A DNA stretch of 64,000 nt from an uncultured Planctomycetota bacterium (GTDB lineage: Bacteria; Planctomycetota; Phycisphaerae; SM23-33), in the NCBI GenBank assembly GCA_903892515.1, contig CAITIS010000067.1:1347-65346 (forward strand), read 5' to 3'. The translations under genes and the position numbers were made by a program. The notes below the pieces were generated by a model that searched no databases, was not told the DNA's origin, and worked only from the letters and a program-made list of their open reading frames with translations. Positions 17,839-28,278 of this stretch are shown one piece after another; positions within the stretch are counted from its first letter, which is position 1, and each line of letters starts with the position of its first letter.

Positions 17839-17863
17839 CCACAGCCGAGGGCGGCTGTGCCAC
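17839..17863 (-). repeat. REP family-1 copy (inverted orientation)
   Basis: ccacagccgagggcggctgtgccac is the exact reverse complement of the 25-mer at 9440 and 43089. Confidence 0.75.
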
Positions 17864-17898
17864 GGGAACCACGGGACAAGCCGGTCATGAAACCGGTT

Positions 17899-18294
17899 CT
17901 AATCACATGTCTGTATTTCAATCTTCCTGGTCTTGGCCATCTCCGCCTTGGGTAGATGGATCGTCAGCACGCCGTTGGTGGTGGTGGCGCGGATCTTGTC
18001 GCGATCGATCTCATCGCTCAGGGCAAAGGCGCGGTAGTACGGCCCGGACTCAAATCCCTTGTACGTCGCGGCGAACTCCGGACCCACCGACAGCGGCGTG
18101 GGCTTGGCCTCCAGCGTCAGCACGCCCTTGTCGACCTGGATGGAGACCGAGTCCTTGTTGACGCCGGGGATTTCAGCCACCAGCACCACCTCGTTGGGCA
18201 GTTCATAGATATCGACCAGCGGGCTGAGCGCGCTGCTGTTCGGCTCGGCCGCTGCGCGATTCGTTTCAACCTGTACGGTTCTTTCGTCGGTCAT
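17899..18294 (-). CDS. Hsp20/alpha-crystallin family small heat-shock protein
   Basis: VDIYELPNEVVLVAEIPGVNKDSVSIQVDKGVLTL...GVLTIHLPK. Confidence 0.85.
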   Translation of the reverse strand: MTDERTVQVETNRAAAEPNSSALSPLVDIYELPNEVVLVAEIPGVNKDSVSIQVDKGVLTLEAKPTPLSVGPEFAATYKGFESGPYYRAFALSDEIDRDKIRATTTNGVLTIHLPKAEMAKTRKIEIQTCD

Positions 18295-18304
18295 GGCAAT
18301 CTCC

Positions 18305-18748
18305 TTAGCTCGTCTTGACGTCGATCTTGCGTGGCTTGGCCGTGGCAGCCTTGGGCAGATGAATCGTCATGATGCCATCCGCCAGCTTGGCCTGAATCTT
18401 GTCGGCCTCGACTTCGTCAGGCAGCACGATGGTGCGAGTGAACTCGCCGCTGCCACGCTCGCGCCGCACATAGCGGACGTCTTGCTCGTCCGGCGGACGC
18501 TTGACCCCCTTGATCGTGAGCGTCTCGCCGGTGATGGAGATGTCGAAATCCGCAGCGCTCACTCCGGCGGCCTCGCACTGCACGACGATCTCGCCGGGCG
18601 ACTCGTACACGTTGACCGGCGGATACGTGCCGCCGCCCACACGCCGGGCCTCGCCGGACCAAGGCCAGCTCAGCCGCTCCAACTCCCGTTGCAGGCTGCG
18701 CAGCCCCACGAACGGATCGAAACTGGTTCCCAGACGGAATATGGCCAT
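18305..18748 (-). CDS. Hsp20/alpha-crystallin family small heat-shock protein
   Basis: VNVYESPGEIVVQCEAAGV...LTIKGVKR...GIMTIHLPKA. ATG at 18746-18748 with AAGGAAGGAGA RBS. Forms an operon with the downstream hsp20 (10-bp gap, GGAG RBS). Confidence 0.85.
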   Translation of the reverse strand: MAIFRLGTSFDPFVGLRSLQRELERLSWPWSGEARRVGGGTYPPVNVYESPGEIVVQCEAAGVSAADFDISITGETLTIKGVKRPPDEQDVRYVRRERGSGEFTRTIVLPDEVEADKIQAKLADGIMTIHLPKAATAKPRKIDVKTS

Positions 18749-18756
18749 GTTCGTCT

Positions 18757-18806
18757 CCTTCCTTGACAAAACATTGTAGGGGTAGGCCAACCAAGCCAGT
18801 TGCAAC
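18757..18806 (-). promoter_or_regulatory. Candidate sigma32-type heat-shock promoter for the hsp20-hsp20 operon
   Basis: Minus-strand read: cgTTGCAAc-N15-TACCCCTACAAT, about 25 nt upstream of the RBS. Compare with sigma32 consensus CTTGAAA-N13-15-CCCCATNT. Confidence 0.3.
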
Positions 18807-19054
18807 GGCCATGCCATTGATGGTGAACGATGCACCCTCGTGTCAGTCAAGAAGTTGCGGGCTCATCAGCCGTTGGCCGCCGCTGCCTGTTGATTCCACA
18901 GGCGGTGCCATGGCCTGCAATTATGGCAGGGTCTATGACGATAACACCTATGTTCGGCCACGGCAAGGCCAAACGCATCGTCGCGGAGTGATCGACCCTA
19001 ACAGGTTCCAAATTACACTTGCATCATCGCCCGGGCGTCCGCAAGATAGCAGCC

Positions 19055-21367
19055 ATGGACGCCCGGGCTTTTTTGCGCGAAGTGACCACTGACCGCCGGT
19101 ATCGCGGCCAAGTCGTTCACGTGCGCGAGTTGCCGCCGCGAGATGCCCAGTACGCCCAGCCGGCCGAGCCGCTGCCGCAGCCCGTCGCGTCGCACCTGCA
19201 GCGTCAGGGCATCGGCCAGCTTTACCGCCACCAGGCTGACGCCGTCGATGCCGTGCGGGACGGCAAGGACGTCGTCATCGTCACCGGCACGGCCTCGGGC
19301 AAGACGCTCTGCTACAACATCCCCGTCGTCAGCGCCCTGATCGAGAACCCATCGGCGCGGGCACTGTACATCTTCCCCACCAAGGCGCTGGCACAGGACC
19401 AGTTGGGCCACCTGCAGAAATGGGCGGCCGATGATGAGATTCGCGAGGCCCTCCGGCCCGCCGTGTACGATGGCGACACGCCCTCGCACAACCGCACGAA
19501 AATTCGCTCGTCGGCATCAGTCATTCTCACCAACCCTGACATGCTGCACGTGGGCATCCTGCCGTATCACGGCAAGTGGCATCAGTTCCTGCGGAACCTG
19601 CGGTACATCGTGCTGGACGAGGTGCACACGTATCGCGGCATCTTCGGCAGTCACGTGGCCAACGTGCTGCGACGGCTCGAGCGGCTGTGTCGGCACTACG
19701 GCTCGAACCCGCAGATCATCTGCTGTTCAGCCACCATCGCCAACCCGCTGGAGTTGACGGGCAAGCTTACCGGCAGGGAGATGACGCTGATCGACCGCGA
19801 CGGCGCGCCGCGCGGGCGGAAGTATTTCGTGCTCTGGAACCCGCCGTACATCGACGCCGGCGAGAACATCGCCCGCCGCTCCGCCAACGTCGAGGCCGTC
19901 GAGCTGCTGTGCGACCTGGTGCAGCGGAAGGCGCAGACCATCGTCTTTTCCAAAGCCCGCATCGTGGCCGAATTGGTTTACAAGTACGCCACCGACGCGC
20001 TGCGGCGGCACCCGGACCTGGCCAAGAAGATTCGCCCGTACCGCGGCGGGTATCTGCCGGCTGAACGGCGGGAGATCGAGCAGCAGCTCTTTCAAGGCAA
20101 GCTGCTGGCGGTGTCCGCCACCAACGCCCTGGAACTGGGCATCGACGTCGGCAGCTTGGACGCGGCCATTCTGGTGGGGTTTCCCGGCACGATTTGCTCG
20201 ACCTGGCAGCAAGCTGGCCGGGCTGGCCGCTCGGGTTCCGACAGCATCGTGTTTCTGCTGGCGTACAACGACCCGATCGATCAGTACCTCATGCGGCATC
20301 CCGAGTACTTCTTCGGCGTGCCGCACGAGAACGCCGTCATCGACCCGCAAAACCCATTCATCCTGTCAGGCCAGCTCGCCTGTGCATGCTTTGAAAAACC
20401 GCTGTCGCAGGAAGACGAAGTGTACTTCGGCCCGCAGTTGGAGGACCTGGCCGCCGATCTCGAGCAGGAAGGCCAGGTCCACAGCATCGATGGCAAGCGC
20501 TACTGGCGTCAGGCCGAGCAGCCCTCGGCCCAGGTCGATCTGCGGACGATCTCGCAGGACACGTACGCCATCGTCGATATTTCACAGAACCATCGCACCA
20601 TCGGCCAGGTGGATTCGATCTCGGCGCCCGAGCTGGTCTATCCCGAAGCGATCTACCTGCACGAGGCCGTGCCGTACATCGTGCGGCAGTTGGACACGCA
20701 GGCCAAGATCGCGCTGGTCGAGCCTTGCGAGGTGGACTATTACACCCAGCCGGTGCTGGCCAACCAGTGTCGCATCATCGAGCAGCGCCAGGAGAAGCCC
20801 TACCGCGACGGCCGGTTGTGCTATGGCGACCTGGACGTGACGTGGCAGACGACCGCCTTTCGCAAGATCCGCTATTACAGCATGGAACTCATCGGCCAAG
20901 CGGCGCTGGACCTGCCGGCCCAGACGCTCTCGACCACGGGCATGTGGTTCGCCCCATCTGAGCCGATGCGCCAGCAGCTTGGCCAGGCTGGACACAACCC
21001 GGTCGACGCGATGGTGGGCGTGCGGAACCTCATGCTGGCCGCCCTTCCGAGCCTGGCCATGTGCGACCGCCGCGACATCTCCGGCCAGGTGGATTCGTCC
21101 AATCTCGGCACGCCGGCCATGTTCGTCTACGACCGCTACAACGGCGGCGTGGGGTTCGCATATCGCGGCTTCGATCTGATCGAGGAATGGCTCAAGCTCT
21201 GCTGGAACATGGTCAGCGAATGCCCGTGCGAAAGCGGCTGCCCAAGTTGCGTGGGCCTGGCCAACCTCCGGCCGCCGCTGCATCAAGACCCCGACCTGGG
21301 CGCCGGCTACCCCGTGCCCGACAAAGCGGCTGCCACTGCGCTGCTAAAGGCGTTGCTGAGCGACTGA
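19055..21367 (+). CDS. DEAD/DEAH-box helicase with C-terminal DUF1998 zinc-ribbon (MrfA/YprA-like)
   Basis: Walker A TGTASGKT. DEVH box (VLDEVHTY). Helicase C motifs. C-terminal CPCESGCPSCVG four-Cys motif typical of DUF1998. Confidence 0.85.
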   Translation: MDARAFLREVTTDRRYRGQVVHVRELPPRDAQYAQPAEPLPQPVASHLQRQGIGQLYRHQADAVDAVRDGKDVVIVTGTASGKTLCYNIPVVSALIENPSARALYIFPTKALAQDQLGHLQKWAADDEIREALRPAVYDGDTPSHNRTKIRSSASVILTNPDMLHVGILPYHGKWHQFLRNLRYIVLDEVHTYRGIFGSHVANVLRRLERLCRHYGSNPQIICCSATIANPLELTGKLTGREMTLIDRDGAPRGRKYFVLWNPPYIDAGENIARRSANVEAVELLCDLVQRKAQTIVFSKARIVAELVYKYATDALRRHPDLAKKIRPYRGGYLPAERREIEQQLFQGKLLAVSATNALELGIDVGSLDAAILVGFPGTICSTWQQAGRAGRSGSDSIVFLLAYNDPIDQYLMRHPEYFFGVPHENAVIDPQNPFILSGQLACACFEKPLSQEDEVYFGPQLEDLAADLEQEGQVHSIDGKRYWRQAEQPSAQVDLRTISQDTYAIVDISQNHRTIGQVDSISAPELVYPEAIYLHEAVPYIVRQLDTQAKIALVEPCEVDYYTQPVLANQCRIIEQRQEKPYRDGRLCYGDLDVTWQTTAFRKIRYYSMELIGQAALDLPAQTLSTTGMWFAPSEPMRQQLGQAGHNPVDAMVGVRNLMLAALPSLAMCDRRDISGQVDSSNLGTPAMFVYDRYNGGVGFAYRGFDLIEEWLKLCWNMVSECPCESGCPSCVGLANLRPPLHQDPDLGAGYPVPDKAAATALLKALLSD

Positions 21368-21391
21368 CCGGCCGCTGGCAAGCCATCGCCA

Positions 21392-22315
21392 GTGCAACAC
21401 GATGAGAACGCCGGCCGACTTGCTAGAATGGCCGTCATGGCGTTATCGGAGTCCAGGCGAAGAAAGCTCGAGATGCTCACGCGTTGCTTGGCCGGCGGAA
21501 AGGTCAAGGACGCGCAGGCGGTAATCGACGCTCTGCACACCCCATCACGCGTGACGGGCCCCGCATTGCCGGTGCAATTGGCCCAGGCAGCGCCGGGGAT
21601 CGAGCAGCACAACGCCGCGGGCACGTACTGGCTCATTCGCCGGCCGCTGCTTGAAGTCAGCGCCGAACTTGCCGGCTTTCCTCGTGAATACGCCGCCATC
21701 CTGCGCGGCTCTCGGCAGCGCTTCGATGAATTGAAGGCCTCGCCCGCGCTGTGCCACATTGCCAACGGCCTGCCGGATGGCCCGCTGTTCATGGACATCG
21801 AGACATGCGGCCTGGCCGGCTGCAGCATCTTTCTCGTGGGCCTCATGAGCTTCCAGGGCGACGAACTCATGTTCGAGCAATTGCTGGCGAGGCACTACGG
21901 CGAAGAGCGGGCGATTTTGGCGGAATTCGCCGACCGCCTGGCCGGCTCGGCCACGCTGGTCACCTTCAACGGCAAGGCGTTCGACATGAACAGCCTGCGT
22001 GACCGCGGCGCATTTCACGGCGTCGATCTTGGCTTCACGCCGCCCCACTGCGACCTGCTGCACGAGTCGCGCCGGCTGTGGAAAGGCCAGGTTCCCAACT
22101 GCAAACTGCAAACGCTTGAGCAGTTCTTCTGCCGGCGGCGGCGCGTGGGCGATATCCCCGGCCGAGACATTCCCGACGCGTACCACCGCTTTGTTTCGGG
22201 CGGCGATGCCCGCGAAATGACAATGATACTGCACCATAATCTGCTGGACCTTCTTACCATGGCGCAACTGCTCTGCGCCGCGTTATCGGGCGAGCAGCCC
22301 GACTTGTCCGCGTAG
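21392..22315 (+). CDS. RNase H-like/DEDD-type 3'-5' exonuclease (MrfB/YprB-like)
   Basis: Exo I FMDIETCGL. Exo II LVTFNGKAFDMNSL. Immediately downstream of the MrfA-like helicase. Confidence 0.7.
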   Translation: MQHDENAGRLARMAVMALSESRRRKLEMLTRCLAGGKVKDAQAVIDALHTPSRVTGPALPVQLAQAAPGIEQHNAAGTYWLIRRPLLEVSAELAGFPREYAAILRGSRQRFDELKASPALCHIANGLPDGPLFMDIETCGLAGCSIFLVGLMSFQGDELMFEQLLARHYGEERAILAEFADRLAGSATLVTFNGKAFDMNSLRDRGAFHGVDLGFTPPHCDLLHESRRLWKGQVPNCKLQTLEQFFCRRRRVGDIPGRDIPDAYHRFVSGGDAREMTMILHHNLLDLLTMAQLLCAALSGEQPDLSA

Positions 22316-22400
22316 CGCTGATTGCCCGGTTTTTTTCACCAGGATCGTGCAGATGTGCTACAATCCGGCTATCAGAAATCCTGGCCTAGGAGGCGTTGAA

Positions 22401-22688
22401 ATGGAAGAGACAGCCCTTCGCAGCCGTGTCTTGGAACTTATCGAATCGCTCAGTGCCCATCCGGCCGATCAGCCTCGTGCCTCGCAGGCGTATGCCTCTG
22501 AACACGCCAATCTCCACGCCACGCGAAGCACCGAAGACCTGCTCGACCAGTTGCGGCTACAGGTGAAGTACAACCTGTTCGACCTTGAGGCCACACGGCG
22601 CGAGAATCGGTATCTACGCACCATGCTGGAACGTCGCAGCAATACCGGTGGCGAAACCGGCGGCGAGTCCGGCGGCGAACAATTCTGA
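22401..22688 (+). CDS. Small hypothetical protein (possible coiled coil; C-terminal GGE/TGG repeats)
   Basis: GGAGG RBS 7 nt upstream of the ATG at 22401. DLEATRRENRYLRTMLERR. Confidence 0.45.
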   Translation: MEETALRSRVLELIESLSAHPADQPRASQAYASEHANLHATRSTEDLLDQLRLQVKYNLFDLEATRRENRYLRTMLERRSNTGGETGGESGGEQF

Positions 22689-22702
22689 CGCTATAGTGCG
22701 GC

Positions 22703-23761
22703 ATGGCGGCCGACCCGATACAGCATCGTCTCGATGAATCCCAGGCCCTGGGCCTGTTCTCCCTGGACCTGCACGAATTGGGCCGCCGGGCCGATGCGTT
22801 CCGCCGCCGTCTGCACGGCAACAGGGCCTACTACGTCGTCAATCGGCACATCCACTACACCAATCTTTGCGCCCTGAAGTGCAAGATTTGCACCTTTGGC
22901 CATGCCCCTGGCCAAGCGGGCGTCTACGAGCGAAGCGTCGAGCAGATTGCGCAGGACGCGTCGGCAGCGGCCGATGGCGGCGCCAGCCAGATCCACCTGA
23001 CGGGCGGCCTGCACCCATCCTGGCGCATCGAACGCTACGAGCAGATGCTCCGGGCAATTCGACAGGCAGCACCCGGGCTGCACATCAAGGCCTTCACAGC
23101 CTGCGAGATTCAGCACATTGCTGCCCTGAGCACATTGACAATCGAGGCCGTGCTGGAGCGTCTGATCGAAGCCGGGCTGGGCTCGCTGCCCGGCGGTGGC
23201 GCGGAAATCCTGGATGATTCCATTCGACGCGAACTCTTCCCCGGCAAGATCTCATCCCAAGAGTGGCTGGACGTCCACCGCATGGCCCATCTCCGGGGCC
23301 TGCCGACCAACGCGACCATGCTGTATGGCCACGGCGAACGTTCCGAGCACCGCATCCGTCATCTGATGCTCCTGCGACAACTCCAGGACGAGACGGGCGG
23401 ATTCGAGGCCTTTGTACCGCTGGCGTTCATTTCACCACCTGATGGCAGGTTCCCACCTGGCCCCTGGGGGGTAGATGATCTGCGCGTGATCGCGGCCTCG
23501 CGGCTGGTGCTGGACAACTTTCCCCACATCAAGGCCTTCTGGGCGATGCAATCACTGGCGGTTTCCAGCGTCGCGTTGCATTTCGGGGCCGACGACATCC
23601 ACGCGGCGATAGCGTCCTACGATATCGTCGCCCGCCCCGGCCAGCCCAGCCAAGCCCTGTCCCAGCCGCAACTTGTAGCGGCCATTCGGGCCGCCGGCTT
23701 CGAGCCTTGCCGATGCGATGGCACCTATAGTACGCCGCGCGCCGCCACCGCCCACAAGTAG
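22703..23761 (+). CDS. Radical SAM enzyme of the futalosine menaquinone pathway (MqnE/MqnC family)
   Basis: YYVVNRHIHYTNLCALKCKICTF (CxxxCxxC). Overall MqnC/MqnE architecture. Confidence 0.75.
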   Translation: MAADPIQHRLDESQALGLFSLDLHELGRRADAFRRRLHGNRAYYVVNRHIHYTNLCALKCKICTFGHAPGQAGVYERSVEQIAQDASAAADGGASQIHLTGGLHPSWRIERYEQMLRAIRQAAPGLHIKAFTACEIQHIAALSTLTIEAVLERLIEAGLGSLPGGGAEILDDSIRRELFPGKISSQEWLDVHRMAHLRGLPTNATMLYGHGERSEHRIRHLMLLRQLQDETGGFEAFVPLAFISPPDGRFPPGPWGVDDLRVIAASRLVLDNFPHIKAFWAMQSLAVSSVALHFGADDIHAAIASYDIVARPGQPSQALSQPQLVAAIRAAGFEPCRCDGTYSTPRAATAHK

Positions 23762-23909
23762 TGGTGCATGGGCCAGAACGACTTGCAGAAAGCCTGTAGA
23801 GAAGCTTTGCCCCCAGCCGATAGCTCACACCAGATATGGGGCCTGCGCTCTGTGCCGGCCCAAGAGAATGCAGCACGAAGAAAGAACGAAAAATCGATTA
23901 AAGATAACC

Positions 23910-23945
23910 TTGACGTTCGGGCGATGTTAGGACTATAACCTAACA
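23910..23945 (+). promoter_or_regulatory. Sigma70-like promoter (TTGACG-N18-TATAAC) overlapped by the perfect palindrome TGTTAGG-N7-CCTAACA; candidate LexA operator
   Basis: TTGACG 23910-23915. TATAAC 23934-23939. Palindrome 23925-23945. About 70 nt upstream of a small ORF (ATG 24014) that runs into lexA. Confidence 0.45.
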
Positions 23946-24350
23946 GATGCCAAATGGATTGGCCAGCCGATGTGGGCTGGAGTTGTCGGTTTGGACAGAA
24001 AGGATGGAGCCACATGATGAAACTGCCACTTTGCCAGTTCGGACCAGGCGGAGAGTACGTGCAGACGTACCCGGAACCCGCGCAGCCGATGGCATCCTGG
24101 ATGGCATGGGATGCGATAGGCATGCACGTCCGCCCGGCCTGCAATGCCGAGCCGGAACTCGTGTGCATCGGCCAGACCGGCATTCGCTACGTGCGGCGGA
24201 TTGTCGCACCCGTAGCCCAGCCCAGCCGGCGCGTGCCGGCCAAGGCGATTCTCGTCCCGCGCGTTAACCGTCGGAACCTGGTCATTCGCATGCCGATGAC
24301 CGTCGATTCACGCCACAAGCAATGCCTCAACAACAGGCAGGAGGTTGCCA

Positions 24351-24962
24351 GTGAAGGCCATCACACCACGCCAGATGGACATCCTTCGCTTCATCCGGCA
24401 GTACCGGGAGAAGTTCGGTTACTCGCCGACCATGCAGGAGATCGGCGATGCACTGCAATTGAGCAAAGTCACGGTGTTCGAGCACGTCGGCGCCCTCGAA
24501 AAAAAGGGTTTGGTGCTGCGCGGCGATCGGCACAAGGCTCGCTCTTTGCAGCTGTCGGATGACGTCGAGTTTCCAGAGGATCAGCACAAGGCCACGCGCA
24601 TCCCGCTGGCCGGCAGAATTGCGGCTGGCTCGCCCATCGAGGCGATTGAGCAGAGCGAGTCGGTCGATCTGGAAGAACTGTTCGCCGGCGAGGGCAAGAA
24701 CTTCTGCCTTGAAGTAACCGGCGACAGCATGATCGAGGACCATATTCGCGATGGCGATTACGTCATCTGCGAGAAACGGTCGCAGGCCCGTAATGGCGAG
24801 ACGGTGGTCGCCCTGCTGGATTCAGGCGAAGCCACACTGAAGCGTTTCTACCGCGAAAAGGGCAGGATCCGCCTTCAGCCGGCAAACGCGGCCTACGAGC
24901 CGATCATCGTCGACAACGTCCGCATCCAAGGTGTGGTGGTCGGCGTCGTCCGTAAACTGTAG
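24351..24962 (+). CDS. lexA: LexA repressor
   Basis: N-terminal wHTH (LTPRQMDILRFI). C-terminal S24 peptidase with Ser (TGDSM) and Lys (LKR). AGGAGG 6 nt upstream of the GTG at 24351. Confidence 0.9.
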   Translation: MKAITPRQMDILRFIRQYREKFGYSPTMQEIGDALQLSKVTVFEHVGALEKKGLVLRGDRHKARSLQLSDDVEFPEDQHKATRIPLAGRIAAGSPIEAIEQSESVDLEELFAGEGKNFCLEVTGDSMIEDHIRDGDYVICEKRSQARNGETVVALLDSGEATLKRFYREKGRIRLQPANAAYEPIIVDNVRIQGVVVGVVRKL

Positions 24963-24985
24963 CCCGACATGCCTTCGTGAGAGAA

Positions 24986-25020
24986 TGAAAAGGGCCGGGA
25001 AGCCTAGCTTCCCGGCCCTT
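24986..25020. terminator. Bidirectional terminator between lexA (+) and rubredoxin (-)
   Basis: gggccgggaag-cctagc-cttcccggccc followed by ttcttctt. Confidence 0.55.
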
Positions 25021-25071
25021 CTTCTTAAACTCAGGTTCTCTCGGCTCACAGGCCCCGCAATGGAAGCGGGG

Positions 25072-25236
25072 CTAATCCGGCATCGGCGAAAACTGGCTCT
25101 TGCCCACGCTGCACTCGGGGCATTCCCAATTGGCCGGCACATCTTCCCATGCCGTCCCGGGCGCCACGCCGTTGGCCGGATCGCCCTTGGCAGGATCGTA
25201 GATCCAGCCACACACATCGCAAATATATCGCTTCAT
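25072..25236 (-). CDS. Rubredoxin
   Basis: [15 protein letters not shown]...WECPECSV: two CxxC pairs, 54 aa. True ATG at 25234-25236 inside the longer listed ORF. Confidence 0.85.
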   Translation of the reverse strand: MKRYICDVCGWIYDPAKGDPANGVAPGTAWEDVPANWECPECSVGKSQFSPMPD

Positions 25237-25261
25237 GCGGCTCCTGTCGTTTTGCTGAGGT

Positions 25262-25789
<528 letters not shown>

Positions 25790-25842
25790 GTGCGGCTCCT
25801 TCCAGATGTTATATCGGCGTTGCCGGTGGCGTCCTTTGGACC

Positions 25843-27492
25843 TCAGCCAAGTATAGCCTTCAGGTCCGCCTGGGCTGTGGTAATGGGCATAATGTTGTAG
25901 TTCTTGACCAGCACGTCCAGCACGGCCGGGGTCACAAAGGCCGGCAGGCTGGGTCCCAGCCGGATGTTGCGAACGCCCAGGTGCAGCAGCGTCAGCAGAA
26001 TGCACACGGCCTTCTGCTCATACCAGGAGAGCACCATCGACAGCGGCAGGTGGTTCACGTCGGTGCCGAAGGCATTGGCCAACGCCAGAGCGATGCGAAT
26101 GGCCGAGTAGGCGTCGTTGCACTGGCCGATGTCCAGCAGCCGCGGGATGCCGCCGATCGTGCCGAAATCGAGCTTGTTGAAGCGGTACTTGCCGCACGCC
26201 AGCGTCAGGATCACGCAGTCGTTGGGCACCTGCTCCGCCAGCTCGGTGTAGTAGTTCCGGCCTGGCTTGGCGCCGTCGCAGCCGCCGATCAGGAAGAAGT
26301 GCCGAATCGCCCCGCTCTTGACGGCATCGATCACCTTGTCCGCCACGCCCAGCACCGCGTCATGACCAAACCCGGTCAGGATGCTCTTCTCGGGCTCATC
26401 CTTCTCAAAGCCCGGCGCCGCCAGAGCGGCTTCGATCACCGGTGCGAAATTGCCGTCGCTGATATGTCGCACCCCCGGCCAGGCCACCACGCCGCTGGTG
26501 AAGAGCCGTCCCTTGTAGTCATCGGATGGCTTCTGAATGCAGTTGGTGGTCATGAGGATCGCGCCGGGCAAGGCCAGGAACTCTTTCTTCTGATCCTGCC
26601 ACGCCCCGCCATAGTTGCCCACCAGGTGCTTGTACTTCTTTAAGCCCGGATACCCATGCGCCGGCAACATCTCGCCGTGCGTGTAGACGTTGATGCCCTT
26701 GCCTTCGGTCTGCTTGAGCAGTTCTTCCAGGTCCTTCAGGTCGTGGCCCGAGACCACGATGGCCTTGCCCTTGACGGGAGTTACGCGGACGCTCGAGGGC
26801 GCCGGCTGGCCGTACGCACCCGTGTTGGCCTCATCCAGCAGTTCCATCACGCGCAGGTTCACCTCGCCGACCTTCAGCACCGCCGGCAGGAGTTCCTCGA
26901 CCGTCAGGCTTGGACGGGTGAGGAAATCCAGCGCCTCGTGGAAGTAGGCGTACACCTTGTCGTCGTGCTTGCCGAGGATCTGAGCGTGGTCCGCATACGC
27001 GGCCGTGCCCTTCAGGCCATAGAGCACCAGCTCCCGCAGGCCTGTAACCGTATCGCCCTCGCGGGACATTCGATCTTGAATGCCCACGGCTTGCCCCTGC
27101 GCGACCAGCCCGGCCAGGTCCGCCGCCGGCAGCCATGCAGCCGGTCCGTCCAGATCCGCCGCAGCCTTGCCCTGCTTGAGCATCGCCCCGCGATACAGTG
27201 CCTTGGCCCGCTCCTTTACGTCGGCGGCTTGACGCAAGGTCTTTTCCAACCTGGCGACGTCGAAGCTCACGTTCGTGACGGTCGTGAACAGCGCCTCGAT
27301 CACGAAGACATCGACCTGGCGGTCGCGCGCCCCGAGCCCGCCGGCCCGATGCGCGTACATCGCGATGCCCTTGACGGCCTCGACGATGAGGTCCTGCAGC
27401 GCCGCGACCTGCGCGTCTTTCCCGCATACGCCCATGGCCGTGCAGCCCGTGCCCTTGGCGGCCTGTTCACACTGGTAACAGAACATGCTCAT
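25843..27492 (-). CDS. hcp: Hybrid-cluster protein / hydroxylamine reductase
   Basis: N-terminal [23 protein letters not shown]. Full-length Hcp family similarity (549 aa). Confidence 0.92.
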   Translation of the reverse strand: MSMFCYQCEQAAKGTGCTAMGVCGKDAQVAALQDLIVEAVKGIAMYAHRAGGLGARDRQVDVFVIEALFTTVTNVSFDVARLEKTLRQAADVKERAKALYRGAMLKQGKAAADLDGPAAWLPAADLAGLVAQGQAVGIQDRMSREGDTVTGLRELVLYGLKGTAAYADHAQILGKHDDKVYAYFHEALDFLTRPSLTVEELLPAVLKVGEVNLRVMELLDEANTGAYGQPAPSSVRVTPVKGKAIVVSGHDLKDLEELLKQTEGKGINVYTHGEMLPAHGYPGLKKYKHLVGNYGGAWQDQKKEFLALPGAILMTTNCIQKPSDDYKGRLFTSGVVAWPGVRHISDGNFAPVIEAALAAPGFEKDEPEKSILTGFGHDAVLGVADKVIDAVKSGAIRHFFLIGGCDGAKPGRNYYTELAEQVPNDCVILTLACGKYRFNKLDFGTIGGIPRLLDIGQCNDAYSAIRIALALANAFGTDVNHLPLSMVLSWYEQKAVCILLTLLHLGVRNIRLGPSLPAFVTPAVLDVLVKNYNIMPITTAQADLKAILG

Positions 27493-27519
27493 CTGCTAGC
27501 TCCTTCGCCCATTGGGCAG

Positions 27520-28278
27520 TTAAGTTTGCTGGTCTGACAGAATAGCGCCGCGAATCCCGACCGTCACGTCGCGTAGAACGATGCCGCTCTTTCCCGATTG
27601 TTCGATGGCCGTTCGGACGGCCAGCACGATCCCGTTGCAGCACGGGACTTCCATGTGCGCCACCGTGATGGATCGAACGTTGTTGGATTTTAGGATGGCC
27701 GTCAGCTTCTCGGCGTAAAAGGCCGCATTATCAAGCTTAGGACAGCCGACCAGGACGACCTTGCCCGCCAGCAATTGTTCGTGGAAGTTGGCCAGCGCGT
27801 ACGGCACGCAATCGGCGGAAATCAACAGGTCGGCGGCGTCATAGAAGGGCGCCTGCACCGGCGCGAGCATCAACTGCACCGGCCAGTTGCCCAAGCGGCT
27901 GGGCTTGGAAGCTGCGTCCGCAGGCCCCGCGTGCGACGCCCCGCCATCGCCCATCAAGGCCATCGCCCTGCTGCCCGGACAGCCAGCATGGTGCTGATGC
28001 CCCGCGTGTCCGGCCGCTTGCGGCATCGCCGGCGCAGTCGCGGCCCCCATGTGCTTATTCATGGCCTGCTCGTCGAACTCGTCGGCGTCGCGGACCTCGA
28101 TCGTCAGCGCCCCCTGCGGGCACTCGCCGATGCACGCGCCCAGGCCGTCACAGTACACCTCGCTCACCAGTCGAGCCTTGCCGTCGATGATCTTCAGAGC
28201 CCCTTCGGCACAGGCGATAGCGCACTGCCCGCAGCCGTTGCACTTGTCCTCATCAATGCGAATGATCTTGCGCTGCAT
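27520..28278 (-). CDS. 4Fe-4S dicluster ferredoxin-domain protein (Hcp-associated)
   Basis: DKCNGCGQCAIACAEGA...CDGLGACIGECPQGA plus a C-terminal Cys-containing domain. GGAGAAG RBS before the MQRK start at 28278. Confidence 0.65.
   Translation of the reverse strand: MQRKIIRIDEDKCNGCGQCAIACAEGALKIIDGKARLVSEVYCDGLGACIGECPQGALTIEVRDADEFDEQAMNKHMGAATAPAMPQAAGHAGHQHHAGCPGSRAMALMGDGGASHAGPADAASKPSRLGNWPVQLMLAPVQAPFYDAADLLISADCVPYALANFHEQLLAGKVVLVGCPKLDNAAFYAEKLTAILKSNNVRSITVAHMEVPCCNGIVLAVRTAIEQSGKSGIVLRDVTVGIRGAILSDQQT

Noticed and set aside
23954-24562. 202-aa ORF overlapping the first 210 bp of lexA
   Set aside because: Only its 5' third (from the ATG at 24014) shows coding-like GC3 bias. The remainder is the out-of-frame shadow of lexA. 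It is reported as a low-confidence finding, not a feature.
25981-27537. ORFs antisense to hcp (25981-26643 +, 26656-27537 +, 26831-27427 -)
   Set aside because: They are shadows of the well-supported hcp reading frame.
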